NCBI GenBank assembly: GCA_035363155.1
Contig: DAOSEN010000002.1
Location: forward strand, 209,700-273,699
Origin: Candidatus Cloacimonadota bacterium
GTDB lineage: Bacteria; Cloacimonadota; Cloacimonadia; Cloacimonadales; Cloacimonadaceae
Reading direction: 5' to 3'
DNA: 64,000 nt
Shown: positions 34,340 to 44,097 of the stretch, piece by piece
How the letters are laid out: each line of letters opens with the position of its first letter
Numbering within the stretch: position 1 is the stretch's first letter
Made by a program: the position numbers and the translations under genes
The notes under the pieces: model-generated
Told to the model about the DNA's origin: nothing
Databases searched by the model: none
The model's input: only the letters and a program-made list of their open reading frames with translations

Positions 34340-37063
34340 CTAATCCACCGTTATGGATTTGGATACGTTTTTGGGCACATCAGGATGCACACCGTGGTCG
34401 ATTACGCCCAGCATATCCAGCTTGTTCATCTTACGGATACTCATCCTGAGCGCCAGATATTGCAGCACGATGGTGGCAGAGAAACAGGTCATGAGACTAT
34501 CCCCGGTCTTGGGCAGCATGATGTAGGCCCAGCCATAATAACCACCCTCATTGGGATTTGCCGAGGCATTTTTCAGGAGTTTATCGTCTTCCTCAGCGAT
34601 CACGTAAGTATTGGCACCCCTGATCTTGTGAGTATTGATCTGGGAAATGGTCAGGTTTACATCCCGGGCATCCGGCCCAGTCACATAGATGAGAGGATAA
34701 TTTCTATACAGCGGTTCAAAGAAATCCTGGTTTTCCACCAGTTTTTTGAAGAGTTCCGTGCCTTTGGCAGAGAGGTTGAAAGGCATATTATGGGTAAAGA
34801 TATAATTGGTCAGAGCTTTGAGGATTTCCTTGGTATCCTGGCGGGAGAGTCCTAATGCCATGGCCTCATCGTCGATAACATCGATGATCGAAGTAAAAGC
34901 CCGGGCAAAGCTGCGCACGTGTTTCACGCCAAAGACAGTGTTTTTACCCAGGATCGTATTGGGGCCATGCTTGAACTCGCTGGCTTCCCTGCCCTCAGCA
35001 TGGTTGAGCACCGTTTCCCTGATCTTCAGAGCGCCTTCCATGGCCACGCCACTGATCTTGGTAGCCAGGATGTGCAGGGAGGGCTCCATATACATTTTGC
35101 CAGCCATACTATCGATCATATCACTGGTTTTATCCAGGGTCTCTTTGAGCAGTGAAGGGATATCGCCCAGGGATTTGTAGCGCCAGGCCAGCTTATCTTC
35201 CCGCTGTTGTTTCAGTTCCGGATCGATCCCGTTATCCAGTTCATGCAGCTTCATATCGGCTATGCGGATCGCCAGATAGTATAAGAGGGTGATCTGGTTC
35301 ATAAAGCTCTTCGTGGCAGGCACGGCAATCTCGGGACCGCAGAGGATGGGGATCGCCACATCGCTCTTCTCCTGACCCAAAGTGCTGTTCATATTGTTTA
35401 CCAGCACTACCTTACGGACATTGAGATCGGAGGCATCGATATCATTGAAGATATCGATCAGGTCTTTGGTTTCTCCGCTTTGGGATACGCCGATGATCAA
35501 GTCGTTGTCTTTTATACAATTCGAGTATTCACCCCGGAAATCCCCAGGCAGGATAGGGATCAGCTCGATTTGAGCAATCTCGTTGAAGAACAGCGCTGCT
35601 ACCTTGGTGGCATGAAAGGAGGTTCCACAAGCGATGGAATAGGCATTGCGGTTGTTTTGCACGGTGTTTTTGATCAGGCTCAGGAAATCCTGTACACTAT
35701 GCTCAAATTCTGCTACCGCTTGTTGTTCAGAGATCGAATCGAAGGCTTTGGCAATGCTGATACGCTTCAGATCAAAATCCTGTCCGATAAGATCGATAAA
35801 GACGTTCTTCTCGCTGGAAAAGAAGTATTTCTTGTCAAAATCCTCCTTCACCGCTACATCAAAGATAGCCCTATATTCCTGCTGGGCTGCCTGGTAGAAA
35901 TTCTCCACTGCCGCTGAATTACACAGGTCATCAAACAAGCTCTGTTTATCCTCGATATGAGGACACGCCATGATCTGGGCAAGGGAATCGCTCAGGTGTG
36001 TCAGCATATCTTGTTTGCGCATCAGCTCCAGCATTCTTTTGCCTGTATTGGAGCCACCCTGGAAGAGCTTGATCAGCTTGCCGGTTGATTCGCTTTGGGC
36101 AAAGATTTCCTGTTCCATGAAATGCTCGAATTCAGGCAGGAGCTCCACATCTTCGGCCCTGAGCTTTGAATATACAGCCCGGGTGTTGATCATCTCGCCA
36201 GTATTGTAGGTCTCATCGGGTTGATTCAGGCGTTTGAACTTCAGATCCTTTTGCGCATAGAGCTGATACGAATCCGCTGTGTATTCCACAAACTCACCTT
36301 CACGCAGATTGACCAGCATCTTGGTAAAACGTAACACTGCGGTAAGATCACTGGAAGTAAGGCAGAAAGGCATCCCTTCCACTTCACCGACTCCAAAATA
36401 GAGGCTGGAGCCAGCTTTGATCGCCCAGGAAGTCTCTGTAACTGGATCCACGATCACGGCAGCATAGGAGCCGATCATCTTGGCTGCAGTCTGGATAATC
36501 GCCCGGCGCATGCAGGCTTTTCTCTGTAATGGATCAGTCGGGTTTCCGGCTCTATCCATCTCAATATCAAAGTAATGCTCCACACTGTGCACCAGCATCT
36601 CACCATCGTTATCGGAGAGCACGGTGTGCCCTTCCTGAGTAAGGAAAGCTTTGAGTTCCCGGGTATTGGTAATATTGCCATTATGCGCCCCATAGAGGTG
36701 GCGTTTGCATTTTACTTCGTGAGGTTGGGCATTGACCTTGTTTACATATCCAAACGTAGCCCAGCGTACCTGACCGCAAAAGATCTTGCCACTTTGCTTC
36801 TCGATCCCCAGGGTTTTCACCAGAGTGGAAGGTGCTCCTACATCCTTGAGCAAAACTATGTCTTCCGTATCTCCCTGAAAAGCAGCACCGGTACTGTCGT
36901 AACCCCTGTATTCCAGGGCTTTTAAAAGCTGGGAGGCATACTTGCCCAGATTCACTGAGACCCGTGGCAGGGCCATACCCAATACTCCACAGCCCAAACC
37001 GGGCAGAGGCAGACGAAATGTAATCTTTAGTTCAGTAAGCCGGGATAAAAAATTCTGTAGCAT
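34340..37063 (-). CDS. Long (907 aa) GlmS-like glutamine amidotransferase with two SIS domains
   Basis: The class-II amidotransferase Cys context ..GLGCGVLGM is preceded by about 24 residues, with AHNGNITN further on. SIS motifs are GVSQSGETKD and EGALKIRE..HAEG..ASEFKHGP. The C-terminal end is ..SITVD. The protein is about 300 aa longer than canonical GlmS. Confidence 0.65.
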   Translation of the reverse strand: MLQNFLSRLTELKITFRLPLPGLGCGVLGMALPRVSVNLGKYASQLLKALEYRGYDSTGAAFQGDTEDIVLLKDVGAPSTLVKTLGIEKQSGKIFCGQVRWATFGYVNKVNAQPHEVKCKRHLYGAHNGNITNTRELKAFLTQEGHTVLSDNDGEMLVHSVEHYFDIEMDRAGNPTDPLQRKACMRRAIIQTAAKMIGSYAAVIVDPVTETSWAIKAGSSLYFGVGEVEGMPFCLTSSDLTAVLRFTKMLVNLREGEFVEYTADSYQLYAQKDLKFKRLNQPDETYNTGEMINTRAVYSKLRAEDVELLPEFEHFMEQEIFAQSESTGKLIKLFQGGSNTGKRMLELMRKQDMLTHLSDSLAQIMACPHIEDKQSLFDDLCNSAAVENFYQAAQQEYRAIFDVAVKEDFDKKYFFSSEKNVFIDLIGQDFDLKRISIAKAFDSISEQQAVAEFEHSVQDFLSLIKNTVQNNRNAYSIACGTSFHATKVAALFFNEIAQIELIPILPGDFRGEYSNCIKDNDLIIGVSQSGETKDLIDIFNDIDASDLNVRKVVLVNNMNSTLGQEKSDVAIPILCGPEIAVPATKSFMNQITLLYYLAIRIADMKLHELDNGIDPELKQQREDKLAWRYKSLGDIPSLLKETLDKTSDMIDSMAGKMYMEPSLHILATKISGVAMEGALKIRETVLNHAEGREASEFKHGPNTILGKNTVFGVKHVRSFARAFTSIIDVIDDEAMALGLSRQDTKEILKALTNYIFTHNMPFNLSAKGTELFKKLVENQDFFEPLYRNYPLIYVTGPDARDVNLTISQINTHKIRGANTYVIAEEDDKLLKNASANPNEGGYYGWAYIMLPKTGDSLMTCFSATIVLQYLALRMSIRKMNKLDMLGVIDHGVHPDVPKNVSKSITVD

Positions 37064-37074
37064 GATAGTCCTTG

Positions 37075-37782
37075 TTATATGATGATATTGCGTTCCAGTA
37101 ATACCTGAGCCAGAGCCAGATCCTGGGCATCGGTAATCTTGATGTTCAAATCGCCAGTCAAATGATATCTTACTTTATGACCGTAATATTCCACCAGAGC
37201 GGAGTCGTCGGTACTGATAAAACCGTCGTTGTAGGCCTTCAGGTAGGCATTCATAATCACCTTGTATTTGAAGACTTGAGGAGTAAAAACCTGAATCAGG
37301 CGATCCCGTACCAGGGTGCCTTCGATGAATTCGCCCTCGACTGATTTGATCGTATGCTTGAGCCGGGCAGCAGGAACCACTGCACCTGCTTCAGTAGCGA
37401 TATCATACAATTCCTCGATCAGATCATGATCGATAAAGGGGCGTACTGCGTCATGGATAAAGACAATACCCGTATCAGGAGGGCATTGCTGCAGGGCTCC
37501 AAATACAGAATCCTGCCGTTCCAAACCTCCGGCAAGCACCAGAAATGGCTTTGGCACCGGCTCAAAGAATTGCAGGATGAGGTTGTTGCAGTATTCCACA
37601 TCCTCTTCAGGGGCAGTTACGATAATGCTTGAGATCACTTCTGAAGTAAAGAATGGTGATAGGGTCCGGATCAGTACAGGGATCCCATCCAGCAACCGAA
37701 ACTGCTTTTTGATATCACCCTTGAGCCTCAGGCCACTGCCTGCTGCCGTAATGATCGCTGTGCACGGGTTCAGGATTTCCAT
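37075..37782 (-). CDS. ispD: 2-C-methyl-D-erythritol 4-phosphate cytidylyltransferase
   Basis: AIITAAGSGLRLKGDIKKQF, VFIHDAVRPF. 235 aa. Confidence 0.88.
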   Translation of the reverse strand: MEILNPCTAIITAAGSGLRLKGDIKKQFRLLDGIPVLIRTLSPFFTSEVISSIIVTAPEEDVEYCNNLILQFFEPVPKPFLVLAGGLERQDSVFGALQQCPPDTGIVFIHDAVRPFIDHDLIEELYDIATEAGAVVPAARLKHTIKSVEGEFIEGTLVRDRLIQVFTPQVFKYKVIMNAYLKAYNDGFISTDDSALVEYYGHKVRYHLTGDLNIKITDAQDLALAQVLLERNIII

Positions 37783-38717
37783 AGATAAAAAACTCCTCGT
37801 TCTCCTCTTTGGGCTTCGATCTTGCCCTCGTTTACCAATTCCCGCAGGATTTTGGAGACTTCATTGATATGCACATCCAGCATGGCGGATATATCCTCAG
37901 CGGTAGAGGGACGACGCAGCAGAGTGCTATGTATCTGATGCAGCAAATCCTCATCCGAAATCACGTCGGCTTTGTCATACTTGATCTTGGCAATGATTTC
38001 TACGGGCATGCTGAGCCGGGCGGACATAAAGGCTTTGATTTCTTTGAGGCGTTTAGGGGAGGTTGCTTCCACCCAATCTTCGGCGCCAGGGCGATCCAGT
38101 GAATTCAATTGGACTATATTGGGTGAGATTCTGGTGATTGCCTCCGCCAGCAAGGTCAGCTCATTCTCAGTATCCGTGATGCCTGGCACGATAAACACTT
38201 CCAGCCAGATTTTGCCAGGATATGAAACCCGCAGATTGATCAGTCCATCGATCAAATCCGTGATCAGTAAGCCCGGCTTGGGACGGTTTACTTTCTCATA
38301 TACTTCCTGACTGGCTGCATCCAAAGACGGCAGGATCAGATCACAAGGCAGGATCTCACTCAAAACCTGAGGATCATTCAGCAATACACCATTGGTTAAG
38401 AGTGCCAGGCGGTAGCTTGGATAATGCATCTTGATATGCTGGATGATCTGTCCAATGCCGCTATTCAGGGTCGGCTCCCCAGCTCCGGAAAAAGTGATGT
38501 AATCCAGATGTGGATTGCCTTGCATGAAGCTATCCAGCTCTGTGATGATTTCCGCCACGGGAAAAAACTCCTGACGCTCGGTTATCAAATGAGTGGTCTT
38601 TTGCACCTCACAATACACACAGGACAAAGGGCAGTATTTGTATGGCACCAGATCCACGCCGAGGGATACTCCCAACCGGCGTGACATTACTGGCCCAAAG
38701 AGGTGCTTGTATTTCAT
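37770..38717 (-). CDS. Radical SAM protein with a C-terminal winged-helix-like tail
   Basis: CPLSCVYCEV cluster after GPVMSRRLGVSLGVDL. The C-terminal segment is HINEVSKILRELVNEGKIE. It overlaps ispD by 13 nt. Confidence 0.7.
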   Translation of the reverse strand: MKYKHLFGPVMSRRLGVSLGVDLVPYKYCPLSCVYCEVQKTTHLITERQEFFPVAEIITELDSFMQGNPHLDYITFSGAGEPTLNSGIGQIIQHIKMHYPSYRLALLTNGVLLNDPQVLSEILPCDLILPSLDAASQEVYEKVNRPKPGLLITDLIDGLINLRVSYPGKIWLEVFIVPGITDTENELTLLAEAITRISPNIVQLNSLDRPGAEDWVEATSPKRLKEIKAFMSARLSMPVEIIAKIKYDKADVISDEDLLHQIHSTLLRRPSTAEDISAMLDVHINEVSKILRELVNEGKIEAQRGERGVFYLWKS

Positions 38718-38720
38718 GCT

Positions 38721-40994
38721 TTAGAAGGTAGTGCCAAACTGCAGATGTGGTTCCCAACCGCCTTCATCGAGATTGTAGGCATAATCAAAACCGATCAGGC
38801 CAAAGGGACTGCGAATCCGGATGCCGGCACCCACCCCTTTCTTAAGATTAAGGAAATTGAAATCACGCAGCTTGTTGTAGCTATCTCCAGCATCGAAGAA
38901 TCCCACTCCGATGATCTGATCTCCAGCTATGGGATAACCCAGCTCCGTAGAGAATATGATCGCTCTGGTGCCACCACCCACAGGGCCAATGGAACGATCT
39001 GGATATCCCCGGATCCCATCAGCACCAGTACCGCCCAAATAGAACTTTTCATCCGGTGGAGCGTCATCTGATGAGCCATAAGGCGTGATATAAGAGAATC
39101 TCCACTTGGTGCGGATGGTCAGCTTCTTCCAGGCTTCGGAATACCAGTTTACCTGGGCTATCTGCTTGAAATAATCAAAGTCTCCAGCCAGAGGACCACC
39201 TGCAAGTTCTGTATAGAGCGTCATCTGTGAACCCCGGGTGGGGAAAAACACATTGTCGCGGGTATCACGTGAGAGAGTGAAATTGGCTGCCGAGGTGTAT
39301 CTCCAGCCCAGTTTATCCAGCTCGATCAGGGTGGCATTTGCCACTGAATCTGCCATAACAGCATTCAGACTGGTGATATTGTATTTCTTGGAGTAGAAGG
39401 CATAGCCCAATACCCCACGGGTGCGATCCACCCAGGGAATCGATTGACCCAGGCGCAAGGCCGCACCACGGGTATAGATCTCATAATTGAATGAGCTCCA
39501 GCTCTTCTTGGTATAGTAGATATTGGTGCCCAGAAGGATGTCACTGTCATATAGATTGGGATTGGTGAAATTGAATTCGAAGTTTTGGGTACTGCCCCCA
39601 AACTCCCACGTCAGCCCACTGCTCCAGTTGTTTCCAAAGAGATTGTTTTGCGATACCGAGAGCTGACCCACGAATTTATCCTGGGAATTGTACCCGATTC
39701 CGCCATTGGCCACTCCGCTGGATTTATCCACCACATCTACTTGCAGATCGATATCACCATTGTTGTTGATGCGATTGTAATCCAGCCTGATATCCGGCTC
39801 GAAAAAGCCCAGATTGTAGATATTCTGCTGGCTGCGGATCACCTGGCTCTGGCGGTAGTAATCACCAGGAGCGATTTCAAGCTGCCGGCGCAGTACCTTT
39901 TCTTTGGTTCTGCGGTTGCCGGTGAAATGAATCTGCCTGATCCTGGCACGGGTATTCTCTTTGATCTTCAGGGCTACGTTCAGTTTATCACTTTCTTTCT
40001 TGTATTCAGGCTGAATCTCAGTATAGATATAGCCTTCGTCAAAATACAGCGAATACACTTGGGCAAGCTGGCGGTCAAACCGTTCCTGATCAAATACTTC
40101 ACCGCTCTTCAGGGTAAAGATCTGCTCGATCGTCTCTTTGGTAAAATTGTCGTTGCCACTGATATCCAGAGTGCCGAACTGATACTGGATGCCTTCATTG
40201 ATCGTGATGACCAGTTCCGAATAGCGGTCGGATACGGTTTGCAATTCATAAGGCCCCACCCGTACATCTATAAAGCCATTCTTCTTGTAGAAATTCGCCA
40301 GGGATACCAGATCAGCATCGAATTTTACTTGCTCAAATCGGCCTGAGCGCAGGAAATTGGCAGGCTTGGTCTTCATCCGGCGCAAAAGTTGTTTATCGTC
40401 GTAGCTCTCATTGCCAAGGAAAGTAACTGTCTTGATCGCCACTCTTTTGCCTTCATCCACCCGCACCGTGATGGCAACCTTGTTCTCCGGCAGTGTTTGC
40501 TCGAGGATCTCCAGGCTGGCATTGCTGAATCCTTTGGTGGAGTATTCTGCTTTTAGTTTGCGTTCCAATTGGTTTCTCAGGTTGCCGCTCCAATACGAGC
40601 CTACTCTGAGAGTCACGAGTTCATCGATTCTCTCTTTTTTTACTACTTTGAACCCTTGATAGGTAACCGAGGAAACCACCGGATTTTCCACCACCCGAAC
40701 GATCAGGTTGATCCCATTACGATAGGGCTCGCTATGAAACTGAATATCAGCAAACACACCCATCCGATAGAGGTTTTTGATGCTTCGGGATACATCCTCA
40801 GGATCGAGGGCATCTCCCACCCGCATGCTTATGGCTGAAGTCACCAGTTCCGGAGCTATATTCTGAGCTCCTTCCACCTGCACTTCATATATGGTTTCAC
40901 CTGCGCCCCACAGCCCGGCTGTGAGGACAAGTAACATCATTATCAGGACATTATACTTCAGAAATCTTGGCATATTTCCTCCACTGTAGTACAA
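38721..40994 (-). CDS. bamA: Outer-membrane protein assembly factor BamA (POTRA repeats plus Omp85 barrel)
   Basis: Signal peptide and repeated POTRA-like segments (I..I.F.GN....). The C-terminal barrel ends ..HLQFGTTF. Confidence 0.85.
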   Translation of the reverse strand: MYYSGGNMPRFLKYNVLIMMLLVLTAGLWGAGETIYEVQVEGAQNIAPELVTSAISMRVGDALDPEDVSRSIKNLYRMGVFADIQFHSEPYRNGINLIVRVVENPVVSSVTYQGFKVVKKERIDELVTLRVGSYWSGNLRNQLERKLKAEYSTKGFSNASLEILEQTLPENKVAITVRVDEGKRVAIKTVTFLGNESYDDKQLLRRMKTKPANFLRSGRFEQVKFDADLVSLANFYKKNGFIDVRVGPYELQTVSDRYSELVITINEGIQYQFGTLDISGNDNFTKETIEQIFTLKSGEVFDQERFDRQLAQVYSLYFDEGYIYTEIQPEYKKESDKLNVALKIKENTRARIRQIHFTGNRRTKEKVLRRQLEIAPGDYYRQSQVIRSQQNIYNLGFFEPDIRLDYNRINNNGDIDLQVDVVDKSSGVANGGIGYNSQDKFVGQLSVSQNNLFGNNWSSGLTWEFGGSTQNFEFNFTNPNLYDSDILLGTNIYYTKKSWSSFNYEIYTRGAALRLGQSIPWVDRTRGVLGYAFYSKKYNITSLNAVMADSVANATLIELDKLGWRYTSAANFTLSRDTRDNVFFPTRGSQMTLYTELAGGPLAGDFDYFKQIAQVNWYSEAWKKLTIRTKWRFSYITPYGSSDDAPPDEKFYLGGTGADGIRGYPDRSIGPVGGGTRAIIFSTELGYPIAGDQIIGVGFFDAGDSYNKLRDFNFLNLKKGVGAGIRIRSPFGLIGFDYAYNLDEGGWEPHLQFGTTF

Positions 40995-41182
40995 GCAAGC
41001 TATCTTTGGGAAAGCCCCTTTTTCGTAAAGTCTTTTTTGTTAGGTATAATAATAAGATGATGTCAAGCGTTTTCTAATGAGCAACATCAGGAAGGGCTAT
41101 TGTAAAAATACTTTCGGTCATATCAATAGCTATCCATCCAGAATGAGTTTATGCTTGACACATAATAAGCGAAATAGGCAGG

Positions 41183-42457
41183 GTGATTTTAAGTACTGTC
41201 CAGGAGGTGGATGTGTTTAAAAAAGTCAAGATTAAAAATTTTAAAGGCATTGTGGACTTGACATTAGATCTTGATAGATTTAACATTTTAATCGGTGCCA
41301 ACTCATCAGGTAAAACAACAATCCTTCAAGCACTTGATTTATTAATAGGCTGTGTGTCCAGAGATGTTCAGGAGTATCTTCGAGACAGAAAGTGGACAGT
41401 ATCTGACATAAGGTCACAGTTAACAAAAAGTCGTACCATCTCATTTGAGGCTATAATTGAGCTTCCCCTTGATGAAGCTGTGGAAGCATTCTTATGGTGT
41501 ATTGATTTTCAGGTAGTCATAAAAACAAATACGATCCTACTTGAGTCAGAAACCCTTTCCAGAATAGATCCTGTTTGGTTTGTGAACCTGGGCTATGAAG
41601 CTGCCTACAAAGCTGAAAACGGGAACGATAATTTACTATACCATTATACTGATGGCAAGGTCTTTTATGGGACTCCTCTGCTTAACAGACACGTTGACAT
41701 TCAGAGTGATAATCTGCAATTCAAGTTATCATCATCAGTTCTGAAGATATTCGAGTTCAGTGATGATGATGTTGTCTTTGGTGCTATAAATAGGTTGAAG
41801 GCTTTTCTGACTAATTCAAATTACTTCGAAACCCTGGCTGCAGAAAATATGAGAGTCTCCAGTAGAGGAAAAACAGACAATATTGGAAAAGGTGGAAAGC
41901 GTTTAGCAGCGTTCATTAAGCAGTTCAACTACGATCAAAGGAAGCATTATCTAGACACTCTCAACGGGATTTTGAAAAACATCAGAAGCATTGAAGCAGT
42001 TACAAAGGGAGTTCCCGGTTGGGTTGAATTGTATGTTGGCGAGTCATATCTAGAGAATCAGATCAAGGTCAAGCCCTCGCATATCAGTGATGGCACTTTG
42101 AGAATTATGGCACTTATTGCATTACTTCAAACCGTGAATAATCCAGGATTAATCATGCTCGATGAGATTGAGAATGGCCTAAATCCCTTCATTACAGCCA
42201 AAATTGCTGAATTGTTAAATACCAAGTCACTTGAAACTTATCAACAAATGATCTTCACTACCCATAGCTCACTCATGCTGGACGATTTCAAACCAGACGA
42301 CATTATCTATGTTTATCGTTCAGAAAATGGACATATTAACGCCAAAAAAATCTTTCATACTAAAAAACTCCGAGAATATCTTGAGTATATGAATCCTGGA
42401 GAAATCTGGATTAATTCGACTGAAGCAGAATTACTTGGAGAGAATGATCAATTATGA
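41183..42457 (+). CDS. ABC/SMC-type ATPase (AAA_15/AAA_21-like), first gene of a two-gene islet
   Basis: IKNFKGI...FNILIGANSSGKTTILQAL (Walker A), LIMLDEIENGLNP (Walker B/D-loop) and IFTTHSSLMLD (H-loop). The likely true start is the GTG at 41213, 5 nt after AGGAGG. The gene is AT-rich by eye compared with bamA. Confidence 0.8.
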   Translation: MILSTVQEVDVFKKVKIKNFKGIVDLTLDLDRFNILIGANSSGKTTILQALDLLIGCVSRDVQEYLRDRKWTVSDIRSQLTKSRTISFEAIIELPLDEAVEAFLWCIDFQVVIKTNTILLESETLSRIDPVWFVNLGYEAAYKAENGNDNLLYHYTDGKVFYGTPLLNRHVDIQSDNLQFKLSSSVLKIFEFSDDDVVFGAINRLKAFLTNSNYFETLAAENMRVSSRGKTDNIGKGGKRLAAFIKQFNYDQRKHYLDTLNGILKNIRSIEAVTKGVPGWVELYVGESYLENQIKVKPSHISDGTLRIMALIALLQTVNNPGLIMLDEIENGLNPFITAKIAELLNTKSLETYQQMIFTTHSSLMLDDFKPDDIIYVYRSENGHINAKKIFHTKKLREYLEYMNPGEIWINSTEAELLGENDQL

Positions 42458-43134
42458 GTATGATCAAAGTAATGATTTGTGGTGAAGGGCCAAGTGATGT
42501 AGGTAAAACAGATTACGAATCTCAAAAATGGATTCCTGGTCCAGCCGTTGCCTTTGTCGAAAAAGCCTTCGCACATGATACCACAATTATAGCAATTAGT
42601 AGACAAGACTTATTACACAATCATAAGCACCGACTTGGAAGGATTAGAAGCAAAAAAGGGCATGCAGTTAAAGCCGAAAGACTAGCAAAACTGGCTCGCA
42701 GACAAAACTGTAATATAGCAATATGCTATATTGATTGTGATAGAAATGAATTTGACAGTCTTTATAACGATGTTATATTGGGTTTTGATAGATCTGAGAC
42801 TAAAATAGTTGGAATCCCCATGCTACCAAAACCAATGATTGAAGCGTGGCTCATGGGGGACAAGAACGCATATCTTCAGGTGTTAGGTAAAATACCTTCT
42901 AAACCATCTCTGCCCCGCAAACCCGAAGAACTGCGCGGCGACAAAAGCAACCCATCTAGCAATTATGCCAAAAATGTCTTAAGTAGGGTTATCAGTCAGT
43001 TTAGCATAAAAGACGATCATTGGCGTTATGAGATAGCTATTCAAAGCGATCCAGATACAATGAGCAGGATTTGCCCAATTAGTTACGGCAGGTTCTTGAA
43101 CGATGCATTGACCTCGCTTTCTCTTGTTTTATAG
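42454..43134 (+). CDS. Toprim-like partner protein (DUF4276/RloB/AriB-like by motif order)
   Basis: ATGA overlap with the ATPase stop. Motifs in order: VMICGEGPSD (Glu11), YIDCDRNEF (Asp94/Asp96) and PMIEAWLMGD. Family assignment is from memory, not from a search. Confidence 0.55.
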   Translation: MSMIKVMICGEGPSDVGKTDYESQKWIPGPAVAFVEKAFAHDTTIIAISRQDLLHNHKHRLGRIRSKKGHAVKAERLAKLARRQNCNIAICYIDCDRNEFDSLYNDVILGFDRSETKIVGIPMLPKPMIEAWLMGDKNAYLQVLGKIPSKPSLPRKPEELRGDKSNPSSNYAKNVLSRVISQFSIKDDHWRYEIAIQSDPDTMSRICPISYGRFLNDALTSLSLVL

Positions 43135-43170
43135 AGCATTTCATTTATATTTCCCAGATCGTAACTCCCC

Positions 43171-43905
43171 CTAATTCTCCAGGATTTTACCCAAGCCTGT
43201 ATCCAATTGCTTATCCCGGATTTGTGAGCTTCGCAGAACGATATCCCCCAAGCCCGTATCCGCTGCCAGAAAACCTATCTGGCTGTTTGCCACGGTGATG
43301 GCACCATTACCGGTGTTCACTTCTACCCGATCAGCCTGGCACGAATTCAGCAGGATAGCTCCATTCCCACTATCCAATACCAGTTTCTTTGCACTGCAAT
43401 TATCTGCTTCCATAGCCCCATTGCCTGTATCGATGCTGATTTCCTGACTGCCTTGCATGGCACTGATTTGGACTTCTCCATTCCCGGATGAGGCTTTGAG
43501 GGATAGAGCTTTGGGAATGCTGCCGTCCACACTGGTGATCAGGACTGGCTTCCCGGACTGGGTATGGCTTATCAGCCTCGAACCATCAATTCTGAAACTG
43601 GCATCACCAGGTTTGTACTCCCGATATCCGATCAGCAGTTCAGCAGTATCTGAATCGCTGCCAGTCAGGCTGATAGTGGCAGATTCCAGATCCAATTGCA
43701 GAAGGTCTCCAATCACAGCCTGAGACACTGTAATGGAGCCATTGTGCCTTAGCTTTACGCCATTTACAGATGAAAAGCTGCCCAGATTGTCTTCCACGGT
43801 ATCCTGGATCTTTACTGTCTGTTTGGAAAACCAGGCGCTGATGTCTTTTTGAAAAAACAGAATTGTAACGAGCAGAATGAGTAGGATAGCGATTAAGGCT
43901 CTCAT
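43171..43905 (-). CDS. DUF4097-like beta-repeat (putative adhesin) protein with an N-terminal TM anchor
   Basis: Repeated (D/N)(T/S)GNGA(I/M) motifs: IDTGNGAMEAD, LDSGNGAILLN, VNTGNGAITVA and ADTGLGDIVL. Confidence 0.6.
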   Translation of the reverse strand: MRALIAILLILLVTILFFQKDISAWFSKQTVKIQDTVEDNLGSFSSVNGVKLRHNGSITVSQAVIGDLLQLDLESATISLTGSDSDTAELLIGYREYKPGDASFRIDGSRLISHTQSGKPVLITSVDGSIPKALSLKASSGNGEVQISAMQGSQEISIDTGNGAMEADNCSAKKLVLDSGNGAILLNSCQADRVEVNTGNGAITVANSQIGFLAADTGLGDIVLRSSQIRDKQLDTGLGKILEN

Positions 43906-44097
43906 TTGTACTCCCTGGGAGTGTATTTACTACCGAACCCGTTATTTTCAATCCTGCTACTGTCAAGTGAATTCATGATCCAGCCTTGCTCTGGAACAAA
44001 AAGTGCATCCAAACTGCGCAGGTATTGCTGCTTACTACCCCGGCAGAGGTGTATCCGCTGCTTGCATTCCTTTAGGGCGATACCACAGGAGATTGTC

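Noticed and set aside
34340-37063. The GlmS-like gene as an attTn7-type target for the Tn7-like transposon
   Set aside because: The transposon is inserted 10 kb away, downstream of the M1 peptidase gene, and not at the 3' end of the glmS-like gene.
43906-44097. N-terminal extensions suggested by the ORF track, for example 43906-44097 on the M1 peptidase
   Set aside because: In each case (43906, 51971, 15197, 13340, 58625) an internal Met follows a good SD and begins a signal peptide or a conserved N-terminus. The upstream part overlaps the neighbouring gene or a promoter.
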